Positions 27,071-36,009 of a stretch of DNA of 64,000 nt are shown in pieces. This DNA comes from a virus (lineage: Duplodnaviria > Heunggongvirae > Uroviricota > Caudoviricetes), in IMG/VR virus record IMGVR_UViG_3300025072_002801, one strand, 5' to 3'. Positions within the stretch are counted from its first letter, which is position 1. Each line of letters begins with the position of its first letter. The translations under genes and the position numbers were made by a program. The notes below the pieces were generated by a model. The model was not told the origin of the DNA and did not search any database. It saw only the letters and a program-made list of their open reading frames with translations.

Positions 27071-27588
27071 TGTCAAAAATAAAAAAAGATGAAGAAAGTC
27101 GTGTAAACTATCAAATTCGCGCACACAGAGTTTTGGTCATACACGATGGTCAGAAACTCGGAGAAATGCATCCTAAAGATGCTATTGCAAAAGCACAGGA
27201 ATTGGAGTTAGATCTTGTTGAGGTTGCTCCAAATGCAAAGCCTCCTGTGTGTACCATCATGGATTATGGAAAGTGGAAGTACGATCAATCTAAAAAAGAT
27301 CGTTCTTCCCAATCTCACTCTTCAAAGTCTGAAGTTAAAACTGTGAGAATGAGGCAGAACACGGAAGACCATGATGTAGAAACTAAACTTAAGTTAATTA
27401 AAAAGTTTCTAATTAGTGGCAAGAAAGTCCAATTGCAAATAAGAAGCAAAGGACGAGAGCTTGCTCACAAGGATCGTGGTCTGGAAATTGCCAAGCATAT
27501 AATTAAAGAGCTTGAAGAAATTGGCAAGCCAGAAGCTACTCCGCGAATCAATGGCAACGAAGTTAGTTGCCGTATCAACCCTGTGTAA
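27070..27588 (+). CDS. infC: Translation initiation factor IF-3
   Basis: VNYQIRAHRVLVIHDGQKLGEMHPKDAIAKAQELELDLVEVAPNAKPPVCTIMDYGKWKYDQSKK and the C-terminal domain align residue-by-residue with E. coli IF3. Confidence 0.9.
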   Translation: MSKIKKDEESRVNYQIRAHRVLVIHDGQKLGEMHPKDAIAKAQELELDLVEVAPNAKPPVCTIMDYGKWKYDQSKKDRSSQSHSSKSEVKTVRMRQNTEDHDVETKLKLIKKFLISGKKVQLQIRSKGRELAHKDRGLEIAKHIIKELEEIGKPEATPRINGNEVSCRINPV

Positions 27589-27615
27589 GAAATATAAAGT
27601 TTCTAAAGGAATATT

Positions 27616-27882
27616 ATGGAATTAATGTTTGGACCAGGAGATGTCGTAATTCATTTGCTTACTAGCGAATGGCTTATGATACTCGCTCAAGTTACAGAAG
27701 AAGAGCCCAAAGGCTATACTGTTCGTAGGTCAAGTGATTATAGTATAATGAACTTGGCACATTTCGAAGTTGGAGTCCCAAAGGAAGAAAAAAATGACAG
27801 CAATCAAGATAACGGAAGAAGCACAGAAGGAAATCAAGAAGGTGTTCGAGGACCAGAAACTATCGAAGACGACGGTTCTTAG
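27616..27882 (+). CDS. Hypothetical small protein (DUF2158/YodC-like N-terminus?)
   Basis: GPGDVVIHLLTSEWLMILAQVTEEEPKGYTV resembles the small-protein YodC fold; the 3' 90 nt overlap the iscA-like gene in another frame, so the true end is uncertain. Confidence 0.35.
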   Translation: MELMFGPGDVVIHLLTSEWLMILAQVTEEEPKGYTVRRSSDYSIMNLAHFEVGVPKEEKNDSNQDNGRSTEGNQEGVRGPETIEDDGS

Positions 27883-28129
27883 AATTGCTGCCGAAGGCGG
27901 GGGATGCTCTGGCATCAGACATACGCTTAACTTTGAAGAAACAAAGGATAGTGAAATTGATGAAACTCAAAATCTTGTCGTAGAATTTGATGGATTCAAA
28001 TCAGTAATAGATAAAAAGTCTTTGCTGTTCATGGATGGAACAACTATTGATTATCTTCAAGATGCTGACAAAAGAGGGTTCGTGTTTGAAAATCCAAATG
28101 CAACAGGTTGCGGTGGTTGCGGGCAATGA
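27793..28129 (+). CDS. IscA/HesB-family A-type iron-sulfur cluster carrier
   Basis: MTAIKITEEAQKEIKKVF...LRIAAEGGGCSGIRHTLNFEE...FENPNATGCGGCGQ: the three conserved Cys (C-x(n)-CGCG) and the family spacing. Confidence 0.8.
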
Positions 28130-28407
28130 GCGAAGAAGCAAGATGTGCAGGCGCATGTTTGACGCATTGCTGCAAAATACATGGATGTAAATACAGAGAT
28201 CCTAATTGCCCAGTTGCAAACAACAAGCAAGAAGGAATAGCTGGATGCGAAGAATGCGGATTAGAGGCAGAGGGATATTATGGATGTTCTGACAAAGATG
28301 CATGGGACATGATATTAGAGATAGTTGCAGAAATCCATTCATTGCCTCCTGAATCATTTGCTCAGCGCAAGAAAGACCTTATAGCCATTGTAAGGAAGTA
28401 TATTTAA
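28126..28407 (+). CDS. Cys-rich small protein
   Basis: ATGA overlap with the iscA-like gene; 14 Cys in 93 aa (CAGACLTHCCKIHGCKYRDPNCP...GCEECG). Confidence 0.45.
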   Translation: MSEEARCAGACLTHCCKIHGCKYRDPNCPVANNKQEGIAGCEECGLEAEGYYGCSDKDAWDMILEIVAEIHSLPPESFAQRKKDLIAIVRKYI

Positions 28408-28691
28408 TTATTGAAGAAGTTCTGATAACCAGATTTTTTATCTCTATTTCCGGCACTCCATCCCGCTCTATACTCGTTGGCCGTTACCCAGTTTAACGGT
28501 GCCAGCCAATTTCCATCATAGCCATCGTGATAACCACGAATAAAAGATGAATCGTATACTTTGTCTCGATTCAGACTTTCTTTTGGCTTCTCTTCCACAA
28601 TTGGCTTAACAGGTACAGCCTTAGGTTCTGGGGTCTTTGCGCATCCTACGAACAAAGTGGACACGAATAATATTAAAAATAGTCTTGTCAT
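28404..28691 (-). CDS. Lipoprotein
   Basis: MTRLFLILFVSTLFVGCAKTPEP lipobox; convergent with the upstream plus-strand genes. Confidence 0.5.
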   Translation of the reverse strand: MTRLFLILFVSTLFVGCAKTPEPKAVPVKPIVEEKPKESLNRDKVYDSSFIRGYHDGYDGNWLAPLNWVTANEYRAGWSAGNRDKKSGYQNFFNN

Positions 28692-28734
28692 TGATACTCC
28701 TTTTGTTTAATATTTATGACTGGAGATAATTATT

Positions 28735-28920
28735 ATGAAAGAATTTGTTCTGGCTTTTCTGTCCATTTTTATAGCAATGGCTGTATGTCCTTTGTCATGG
28801 GGTATGTGGGGCGTATTTTTTATTTCAGCACCACTCTATTCAATGGCACTTCTTTGGCCTAAAAGGCACTTAATTATGAATTATATAAAAAAAATTAAAA
28901 CGCCCCTTGATGTGGGATAG
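28735..28920 (+). CDS. Small membrane protein
   Basis: Two hydrophobic helices in 61 aa. Confidence 0.35.
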   Translation: MKEFVLAFLSIFIAMAVCPLSWGMWGVFFISAPLYSMALLWPKRHLIMNYIKKIKTPLDVG

Positions 28921-28941
28921 GATTTTATTTAATATAAAGAT

Positions 28942-29148
28942 ATGAATAATACCCCAATGACACAGACGCCTGATGGACGATGGGTTCCTGCCCAACCATT
29001 GCCTTTTTGCAAAGATACACGTCCTTGGTATGTTAGAATTTATCATAAAATTTTAGTAATTTGTGGGCAGGATGAAGATGAGTTGATGGATTCTTGGTAT
29101 GTTCCAATGGAGCCTCCTATTGAAGATTTAAATAAGGTTAGAGGATAA
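28942..29148 (+). CDS. Hypothetical small protein
   Basis: 68-aa ORF preceding the MORN gene. Confidence 0.4.
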   Translation: MNNTPMTQTPDGRWVPAQPLPFCKDTRPWYVRIYHKILVICGQDEDELMDSWYVPMEPPIEDLNKVRG

Positions 29149-29150
29149 TT

Positions 29151-29705
29151 ATGAAAAATCATTGGGTTAATTTTGATAAAGTAGAAGACGTACTAAAAGT
29201 AGAAGACGTACTAAAAGTAGAAGACGTACTAAAAGTAGAAGACGGACTAATTGAGTACGAAGATGGAACAAAGATGTGGATTAAAGGTGGAGATTGCCAT
29301 CGCTTAGACGGTCCAGCAATTGAGTGGAGTGATGGAACAAAAGAATGGTGCGTAGCTGGGGGCTGGCATAGATTGGACGGTCCAGCACTTGAATTTTCAG
29401 ACGGGGAAAAATCTTGGTGGAAGAACGGTAGGCGTCATAGATTAGACGGTCCAGCGGTAATATGCTCAGATGGATCAGAGGTTTGGTACAGAGATGGAGT
29501 TAAAATAGATCCACCAAAAACAGGAAATAGGATGAATGACTTCCCTGGCGAGCACGACAACCATGTGCAACAACTTGCAAGTGGTGATGACGCTAGGTAT
29601 TCATCAGGAATTAAAGTAGAAATGCCTCCTATCATGAAGCCTCTTATGGAAGTTGAAGTTCCTCCAAAAGCGGTTGGCGAAGCAGAATGGGAGTTAGACG
29701 TATGA
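29151..29705 (+). CDS. MORN-repeat protein 1 with an N-terminal VEDVLK x4 heptad
   Basis: Repeats of the form W..NG..HR.DGPA.E..DG (GDCHRLDGPAIEWSDGTKEW, GGWHRLDGPALEFSDGEKSWW, GRRHRLDGPAVICSDGSEVWY). Confidence 0.7.
   Translation: MKNHWVNFDKVEDVLKVEDVLKVEDVLKVEDGLIEYEDGTKMWIKGGDCHRLDGPAIEWSDGTKEWCVAGGWHRLDGPALEFSDGEKSWWKNGRRHRLDGPAVICSDGSEVWYRDGVKIDPPKTGNRMNDFPGEHDNHVQQLASGDDARYSSGIKVEMPPIMKPLMEVEVPPKAVGEAEWELDV
29180..29251 (+). repeat. 18-bp perfect tandem repeat x3 plus one degenerate copy (gtagaagacgtactaaaa) encoding VEDVLK
   Basis: Read directly from the sequence. Confidence 0.9.
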
Positions 29706-30226
29706 GCAATGGTGACTTATATGCTGATTGGTTGAGACAAGCATACGAAGAAGCCACAAAGAGTCCTGATCCATCAACTCAAAATGGGGCTTTGTTGGTT
29801 TATGACACTTTTGCGAATGGCGTGCCAATAGACGACCCAGACATAGTTGCTGTTGATCATAATCGTTTTCCAGATGGTGTTGAATATTTGAATGAACGTT
29901 GGGAAAGACCATTAAAATACAAGATCATTGAACATGCAGAACGAAATGTGATATACAAAGCGGCATCCAAACGTACTGGCACAGGTGGATCAACAATGGT
30001 TTGTCCTTGGGCTGCATGTAGTGATTGTGCAAGAGCAATAATTCAATCTGGAGTTAAGAAGCTTGTGACTCACAAGCAAGCAGGTGATCGTTCTCCTCCA
30101 TTTTGGAAAGAAGAAATTAAAGTTGCCTTTGAAATGTTGAATGAGGCAAAAGTAGAGATTGTTTTGTTTGATGGAAAAGTAGATGGACCAGAGGTTCGTC
30201 ATAGTGGCGAGGTTTGGACTCCATGA
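29702..30226 (+). CDS. dCMP/cytidine deaminase-family protein, copy 2
   Basis: HAERNVIYKAA and PWAACSDCARAIIQSGVKKLV zinc-ligand motifs; ATGA overlap with the MORN gene. Confidence 0.7.
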   Translation: MSNGDLYADWLRQAYEEATKSPDPSTQNGALLVYDTFANGVPIDDPDIVAVDHNRFPDGVEYLNERWERPLKYKIIEHAERNVIYKAASKRTGTGGSTMVCPWAACSDCARAIIQSGVKKLVTHKQAGDRSPPFWKEEIKVAFEMLNEAKVEIVLFDGKVDGPEVRHSGEVWTP

Positions 30227-30265
30227 TGACATTTGATGACCTATCCGTTGGAGACAGGAGTGTAA

Positions 30266-31126
30266 ATGAGTTTTTTCAGATACCCAGGTGGTAAATCTAA
30301 ATTACGAAATCAAATTGCATCTAAGTTAAATTCTATAGGTGAATCTGATCTTGAATATAGAGAGCCTTTTTTTGGTGGAGGAAGCATTGGAATTAAATTG
30401 CTTCAAGAAACTGATATAAAAAAAATGTGGGTAAATGATTTTGATCCAGGTATTTTTTGCTTGTGGTCTACGCTCATAAACCGACCAGATCTTCTCAAAG
30501 ATAGGGTGAATGATTTTAAGCCATCTGTGGATCGTTTCTACGAATACAAAGAACATCTTACTGATAAGCCACCAGAACTAACATCAGATGATCTAGTCGC
30601 AGAGTACGGATTTAAAAAATTAGCCATCCATCAGATTTCATATTCGGGTTTAGGAACAAAGTCTGGTGGACCTTTAGGTGGAGCAAGTCAAAAGTCGGAT
30701 TATAAGGTTGACTGCCGATGGTCGCCTAAATACATCTGCAAGAAAATAGACAAGTTGAACAATAGATTTTCTGAATTGAATATTAGATGCACCAACTTAG
30801 ATTTCTCTGAGTTGATTTTAGACACTGAATGTGATGCAGTAATTTATTTAGATCCTCCATACTTTGTTAAGGGAAATGAGTTATATCAACACGGTTTCAA
30901 TGAGGAAGATCACAATCGTTTAGCCAAGGCATTAAAGGAAACAAACCATAAGTGGGTATTGTCCTACGATGACTGTGAAGAAATTCGTTCACTTTATGAA
31001 GGTTGGTCTAACATTGAAGTTATAGATGGAATAAACTATAGCATCACAGCGTTGAAAAATAAAGAAACTGGCGAGAGATCAAGTCGCACAAAAACAGAGT
31101 TGCTTATTATGTCGAGAAATAATTAA
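30266..31126 (+). CDS. N6-adenine DNA methyltransferase, Dam (D12 class) family
   Basis: Motif I FRYPGGKSKL and motif IV DPPY (IYLDPPYF) in Dam order. Confidence 0.8.
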   Translation: MSFFRYPGGKSKLRNQIASKLNSIGESDLEYREPFFGGGSIGIKLLQETDIKKMWVNDFDPGIFCLWSTLINRPDLLKDRVNDFKPSVDRFYEYKEHLTDKPPELTSDDLVAEYGFKKLAIHQISYSGLGTKSGGPLGGASQKSDYKVDCRWSPKYICKKIDKLNNRFSELNIRCTNLDFSELILDTECDAVIYLDPPYFVKGNELYQHGFNEEDHNRLAKALKETNHKWVLSYDDCEEIRSLYEGWSNIEVIDGINYSITALKNKETGERSSRTKTELLIMSRNN

Positions 31127-31621
31127 ATGAAAAATCATTGGGTTAATGTTGATAAAGTAGAATTTGAAGTTGACCGTGATGGAACTAAAAGTTGGAGTAA
31201 AAATGGAATGGTTCATCGAGAAGACGGACCAGCAGTTGAACATTTCAATGGAACAAAGTCTTGGATACAAAACGGAGAGTATCATCGTTTAGATGGACCA
31301 GCAATGGAATTTGCGAGCGGAAGAAAGGTTTGGCTGATGCATGGAAAGTATCATAACTTAGAAGGTCCAGCGATAATTACTCAAGATGGTCATAAAGAAT
31401 GGTGGCTAGACGGATCACGTCATCGAGGAAATGGACCAGCAATAGAACGAACGAATGGAAGAAATGAATGGTTTATAGATGGAAAGCGTCATAGGTTGGA
31501 TGGACCAGCAGTTGAACAGTTAGATGGTCATAAAGAATGGTGGGTAGAGGGCGTCTTGCAATGTGTTAAATATGCAAAAGGAAATGTCGTTCCTCTGGAT
31601 GAAATTTTAAAAAACAATTAA
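31127..31621 (+). CDS. MORN-repeat protein 2
   Basis: Six MORN-like units (HREDGPAVEHFNGTKSW, HRLDGPAMEFASGRKVW, HNLEGPAIITQDGHKEWW, HRGNGPAIERTNGRNEWF, HRLDGPAVEQLDGHKEWW). The first 12 codons are identical or near-identical to those of the MORN gene at 29151. Confidence 0.75.
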   Translation: MKNHWVNVDKVEFEVDRDGTKSWSKNGMVHREDGPAVEHFNGTKSWIQNGEYHRLDGPAMEFASGRKVWLMHGKYHNLEGPAIITQDGHKEWWLDGSRHRGNGPAIERTNGRNEWFIDGKRHRLDGPAVEQLDGHKEWWVEGVLQCVKYAKGNVVPLDEILKNN

Positions 31622-31633
31622 GGAATAAAATAA

Positions 31634-33103
31634 ATGTTTGTTGGAGTTAATTATGTCAATGGCGAGTTTGGTCAACACTCAGCCGATTTTGCAAGTATCA
31701 ACCCTGCCAATGAAAAGCAGTTGGGAATGTTTCCAATAACCAAAGGCAAGGGAGTTGATGAAGCCGTAGATGCTGCAAGGTGTGCATTTAATACATGGCG
31801 TGAACTTAGTCGAGTCAAACGTGGTGAGTATTTTGACAACTTGGCTCAGATCATGAAGAAGGAACATGATAGATTAGTTGAAACTATTACATTAGAAACT
31901 GGTAAGACTCTCAATGAAGCACATGCGGAAGTGACAGAAGCACGTCACATGGTCGAGTATGTGGTTGGCATGTCAAGAATGCCGTATGGAGAGGTAATCG
32001 CTAGTGAAGTCTCGGAGAAGGACGCTTACACGTTCCGTAAGCCCAAGGGAGTTGTTGCTATTGTTTCCCCTTGGAATTTTCCGATGGCTATAGGAGGCTT
32101 CTGGAACGCCGCCCCAGCTATCGCAGAGGGTAACTGTGTGGTGTGGAAGCCGAGTGAGTTGACTCCAATGTGCGCTCAGGTTGTAACTGAGCTTTATGAT
32201 CAAGCTGGCTTTCCACCAGGAGTTTTTAATTTAATTCATGGTATGGACAAGACAGGTGAGGAACTTGTTCATAACCAAGTGGACTGCATCTTGTTTACGG
32301 GATCGGCAGAGGTGGGCATGTTGATACGTCAGCATTGTGCGTCCACATGGCACAAAACATGCGCTTGCGAAATGGGTAGCAAGTCAGCCGTTGTCTTATT
32401 TGATGACGCGAATATGAATCTGGCGATAGATGCCTGTATCGCAAGCGCATTTAAATTAAGTGGTCAAAGATGTGTTTCTTCTGGAAGAATGATTGTCCAG
32501 AGAAGTCGTCTTGACGAGTTTACCAGTCTGTTCGTTGAGCGGGCTGGGACTTTGAAAGTTGGTGATCCAATGTTGGAAGATGGATTGTTTTATGGTCCAA
32601 TGATTAGTGCAGAGCAGATGCTTAGAGTCCAAGACTTTAATAGAACCGCATCTGGAGATCCTGATGCTGATGTTTTGATGAATGGAGTTCATGTTGGAGA
32701 CAAAGGTTATTGTCTGTCTCCTCATGTTTATGGGATGGAATGGGCGGATAAAATTACTTTAAAAAATGAAGTATTTGGTCCACATGTTGCCATCATTCCT
32801 TTCGACGATGTGGATGAAGGCATTGATATTTATAATGATACTAAATTTGCATTAGCGGTTGGAATCATCACAGATAATTTTAAAATTGCAAGACGTTGCC
32901 GCACTAGAATGGATTATGGAATGGGATACTGGAATGGGTCAAGCATTGGTGCAGAGAGCCATCTTCCATTTTCAGGTTTAAAGGCCAGCGGGAACTCCAG
33001 ACCTTCTGCTGCTCATTGTTATCGCTCTGTTACAGATGAGGTGTCTTGGACGGTAAATCATGAAGATGGTCTTACATTTTGCCAAGGAATGGATACAAAA
33101 TAA
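31634..33103 (+). CDS. NAD(P)-dependent aldehyde dehydrogenase
   Basis: ALDH signatures: SPWNFP, EMGSKSA (ELGGKSP-type Glu motif), FKLSGQRCVSSGR (catalytic Cys) and the C-terminal E..FGP motif. Confidence 0.85.
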   Translation: MFVGVNYVNGEFGQHSADFASINPANEKQLGMFPITKGKGVDEAVDAARCAFNTWRELSRVKRGEYFDNLAQIMKKEHDRLVETITLETGKTLNEAHAEVTEARHMVEYVVGMSRMPYGEVIASEVSEKDAYTFRKPKGVVAIVSPWNFPMAIGGFWNAAPAIAEGNCVVWKPSELTPMCAQVVTELYDQAGFPPGVFNLIHGMDKTGEELVHNQVDCILFTGSAEVGMLIRQHCASTWHKTCACEMGSKSAVVLFDDANMNLAIDACIASAFKLSGQRCVSSGRMIVQRSRLDEFTSLFVERAGTLKVGDPMLEDGLFYGPMISAEQMLRVQDFNRTASGDPDADVLMNGVHVGDKGYCLSPHVYGMEWADKITLKNEVFGPHVAIIPFDDVDEGIDIYNDTKFALAVGIITDNFKIARRCRTRMDYGMGYWNGSSIGAESHLPFSGLKASGNSRPSAAHCYRSVTDEVSWTVNHEDGLTFCQGMDTK

Positions 33104-33129
33104 TTGAAACACTACTCTTTTATAGCATG

Positions 33130-33369
33130 CTAAGAAAGAGAAGAAACAATAAAATCACTGGAAAGTATCTGGTGACAGACCCCGATGGGAAAGAATACAC
33201 TGTTTTAGAGTACACTTTTGTGATACAATCTAAAGCACGTAATATTGTTACCAAAGAGGTTGAAGGCGTTGTTAGCTACAAGACATCTGATGGAAAAGAG
33301 GTTCAAGTGGAAGATGAACAATTATTTCTGGATGGTGTTAAATTAGAAATTCAAGAGATAATCCTTTAG
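33130..33369 (+). CDS. Hypothetical small protein
   Basis: Tracked ORF 33079-33369 overlaps the ALDH stop; an internal Met was chosen. Confidence 0.35.
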   Translation, partial: LRKRRNNKITGKYLVTDPDGKEYTVLEYTFVIQSKARNIVTKEVEGVVSYKTSDGKEVQVEDEQLFLDGVKLEIQEIIL

Positions 33370-33379
33370 GAGATAAAGA

Positions 33380-33808
33380 ATGAGTCAAGTCCCAGATGTT
33401 GTAGACTTTAAGCCAGTTGGATCAAATATTTTGATCGAATTAGTCAATAGTGAAGAGTTGTTGCCAGCAAGCGTCCTTGAAATCGTAGGTGAAACTGCGA
33501 ATAAAATGGCAGATGATTTTGGTGCTCCACAAGCATATGTTTTGGCAGTAGGACCTGCTGCAAAGCCAGAAGATTGGGGATTTAGTGTTGGCGACCGTGT
33601 TGCCATTAGTGCAAAAATGACACCATTGCCACCAGTTGCTTTGTCAACAGATTCCCCAGAACTTTTGGACGTTCATGGCAAGCCAAGACGTGCAAGAGGT
33701 ATTTTGGATAGCCCTGCTGGAATTAAGGCTGTATTGGTCGAAGCAGATGCAAGTGCAAATGCAGAGACGACAGAGAAGTGCTGTGGTGGAGGCTCTTGTA
33801 AGGTTTAA
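33380..33808 (+). CDS. Possible co-chaperonin (GroES/gp31-like) protein
   Basis: FKPVGSNILIELV and AYVLAVGPAA...VGDRVAIS loosely parallel the GroES pattern IRPLHDRVIVKR / GEVLAVGNG...VGDIVIF; sits immediately upstream of dnaJ; longer than GroES and Cys-rich at the C-terminus. Confidence 0.4.
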   Translation: MSQVPDVVDFKPVGSNILIELVNSEELLPASVLEIVGETANKMADDFGAPQAYVLAVGPAAKPEDWGFSVGDRVAISAKMTPLPPVALSTDSPELLDVHGKPRRARGILDSPAGIKAVLVEADASANAETTEKCCGGGSCKV

Positions 33809-34782
33809 TGGATGATCTTTATTCTATATTAGGTGTCTCTGAAGACGCTACTCAGGATGAGATCAGTGCCGAGTACAAGAAACTAGCAATCAAATTCCAC
33901 CCTGATGCTAGTTCTGAAGAAGGTGCATCCGAGAAATTTAAGCAAATATCAACTGCCTACGAGACGCTAGGAGATCCGGCGAAACGTAGGCAGTATGATA
34001 TGCGCGGTCAAGGTGGCTTTAATATAAATATAAACGATTTCTTTGGAAGAGTTCGTAAAGCCGCGAACTCGCAGGCAAAGATTGAAGTTTCATTAGAAGA
34101 AGCCAAAACTGGTTGTACGAAGATACTAAAAATTAAACGCCCAATGAAGTGTGTTTTATGTAGTGGTACTGGTGCATCGAAGACTGAAAAGTGCGGAAAT
34201 TGCCGTGGATCTGGCGTAGTGAATATGTCTGTTGATGGTCCGTTTAATGTCCAGTCTGCTTGTAATGTTTGTGGTGGTCGTGGAATGAAGATTTTAGAAA
34301 GTTGCAATGATTGCAATAACGGTATGGTTTCTGGTGAATCAGAAGAGGTTAGAGTCGAGATTCCTGCTGGCATAATGTCTGGGATGGCATTGAGGTTCCC
34401 AGGAAAGGGATCAGAGGGCGTTGAAGACCAGATGCCAGGGGATCTTATAGTTCATATAAACGTCAAGAAGCATGATGTTTTTGATGTTAAGGGCGTTAAT
34501 TTAATTTATAGAACCCCTATTTCTTACGCAAAGTTGGTAATGGGTTGTAAATTAGATGTTCCAACTTTAGATGGCGAGGTAATGGAAGTCACTATACCGC
34601 CAGGAACATTGAGTGGTTCTAATTTTAAATTAAGAGGTTTGGGCATGCCTGATCTGAACTATGATGGGTCAGGAGATCTGTATGCTGTGATAGATGTTGA
34701 GATACCGAAAGATTTGAGTGAAGAACATTTGAAAATAATAGAACAATTAGTTGAGATTGAAAATGAAAAAAATAAACAATAG
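33808..34782 (+). CDS. dnaJ: DnaJ-like chaperone (J domain plus four CxxCxGxG zinc-finger repeats plus C-terminal substrate-binding domains)
   Basis: DLYSILGVSEDATQDEISAEYKKLAIKFHPD (HPD motif); CVLCSGTG, CGNCRGSG, CNVCGGRG, CNDCNNG repeats. Confidence 0.8.
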   Translation: MDDLYSILGVSEDATQDEISAEYKKLAIKFHPDASSEEGASEKFKQISTAYETLGDPAKRRQYDMRGQGGFNININDFFGRVRKAANSQAKIEVSLEEAKTGCTKILKIKRPMKCVLCSGTGASKTEKCGNCRGSGVVNMSVDGPFNVQSACNVCGGRGMKILESCNDCNNGMVSGESEEVRVEIPAGIMSGMALRFPGKGSEGVEDQMPGDLIVHINVKKHDVFDVKGVNLIYRTPISYAKLVMGCKLDVPTLDGEVMEVTIPPGTLSGSNFKLRGLGMPDLNYDGSGDLYAVIDVEIPKDLSEEHLKIIEQLVEIENEKNKQ

Positions 34783-34996
34783 TCAAAAAATTATGTTGGT
34801 TGTAGCAGTAACGATGATGTCTGTGCTTTTGTTGTTTTCTTTTGGATCTCCAATAATTGCAAAAATACCATCTGTTCAAGATGCTGTAATTAACCAATTG
34901 AAAAAAGACAAGGGATTCTGCCCTTCTCCTTACGGTCCTGGCTTTAGTCCCGATAGAGTGGAAATGACTGAGTTTGAGGGCTGGAAAGATGATTGA
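34751..34996 (+). CDS. Small secreted/membrane protein
   Basis: N-terminal hydrophobic MLVVAVTMMSVLLLFSFGSPIIA. Confidence 0.35.
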   Translation: MRLKMKKINNSQKIMLVVAVTMMSVLLLFSFGSPIIAKIPSVQDAVINQLKKDKGFCPSPYGPGFSPDRVEMTEFEGWKDD

Positions 34997-35237
34997 AGAA
35001 AAAATATACGAACACAATAGTTGCACTTATGTTCGATATTACATGGCTCACAATGGCATGTATAGAGAAAACGGCAGGATGATCTATGAGACGGTCCCAG
35101 AAATTGGCGACATAATACATCCATTCTCTATACGATCAGATGACAAATGGAGAGTTGTTGACGTTAAATTTCCTCATGATCCAAAGACAGAGAAGTTTTG
35201 CTGCATGGACATTTATTATGAGAATGTCTACCCCTGA
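34974..35237 (+). CDS. Hypothetical small protein
   Basis: 87-aa ORF. Confidence 0.4.
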   Translation: MRAGKMIEEKIYEHNSCTYVRYYMAHNGMYRENGRMIYETVPEIGDIIHPFSIRSDDKWRVVDVKFPHDPKTEKFCCMDIYYENVYP

Positions 35238-35599
35238 ACAGTAATTTTATCTATTTGTTCAGTATCTCCTTGAAAGATGACATTCATCATTCTTCCGACC
35301 TTTGGCTCTGGTCTTAATTCATCAAACCTAGATCTTGGTATAGCCAATTGATATGTTTTGTGATTTGCATCCATAATCCCGACTTTCACTGGATCTTCTT
35401 TATATCTTACTTTGAAGATAGTTCCACTTACTGGTCTTGCATTTATTATCCCAAGTTCTGTGCTTGGTAGCATTCCACGGTCATCACTGCTTGTCTCTGA
35501 CCCTGTTTGAGCACTATCTGTGTAGGCTCCTGTAGCATAGTCTCCCATGCCTCCAGGGATGTTTGTTTCGACAGCAATTAAAAATTCTTTGAATCTCAT
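35228..35599 (-). CDS. Hypothetical protein (minus strand)
   Basis: 123-aa ORF convergent with the flanking plus-strand genes; no domain. Confidence 0.45.
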   Translation of the reverse strand: MRFKEFLIAVETNIPGGMGDYATGAYTDSAQTGSETSSDDRGMLPSTELGIINARPVSGTIFKVRYKEDPVKVGIMDANHKTYQLAIPRSRFDELRPEPKVGRMMNVIFQGDTEQIDKITVQG

Positions 35600-35613
35600 A
35601 CTAAAGTATTTAT

Positions 35614-36009
35614 ATGCATGAGACAGAAAACGTAGTGATTAAAACGGCTGATGTGGATAAAAATATTGTTCCTTTGGTGAATTGGATAAATTCATTTGAT
35701 GACTTAGAAACCTTATTTTGTTGTGAGGGCAATCAAAATGACCCAAATCTAGTAACTCGCGCATATGTAATGTTCTGCTCTCAATCGCAATGGTCGCTCA
35801 TGCAAGTAATGAAGGTTTTCGAGGATTTCAATAGAACAATTGATGAAAAATATATAGCAGAGCATTTGGATGGTAATGGAATTTTTAATATTCCTACAGT
35901 GGATATAAGTTTTGAACCAAATTATTGTTCATCGCTGAGATATACAATGGGATTTCAAAACAGAGACGTAATGATGGATTTTATTGATTATATAGGAAAT
36001 AAAAAATGA
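35614..36009 (+). CDS. Hypothetical protein
   Basis: 131-aa ORF. Confidence 0.45.
   Translation: MHETENVVIKTADVDKNIVPLVNWINSFDDLETLFCCEGNQNDPNLVTRAYVMFCSQSQWSLMQVMKVFEDFNRTIDEKYIAEHLDGNGIFNIPTVDISFEPNYCSSLRYTMGFQNRDVMMDFIDYIGNKK

Noticed and set aside
33380-33808. Confident GroES assignment
   Set aside because: Only loose pattern similarity; the protein is about 40 aa longer than GroES and lacks a clear mobile-loop motif. Kept as a low-confidence call only
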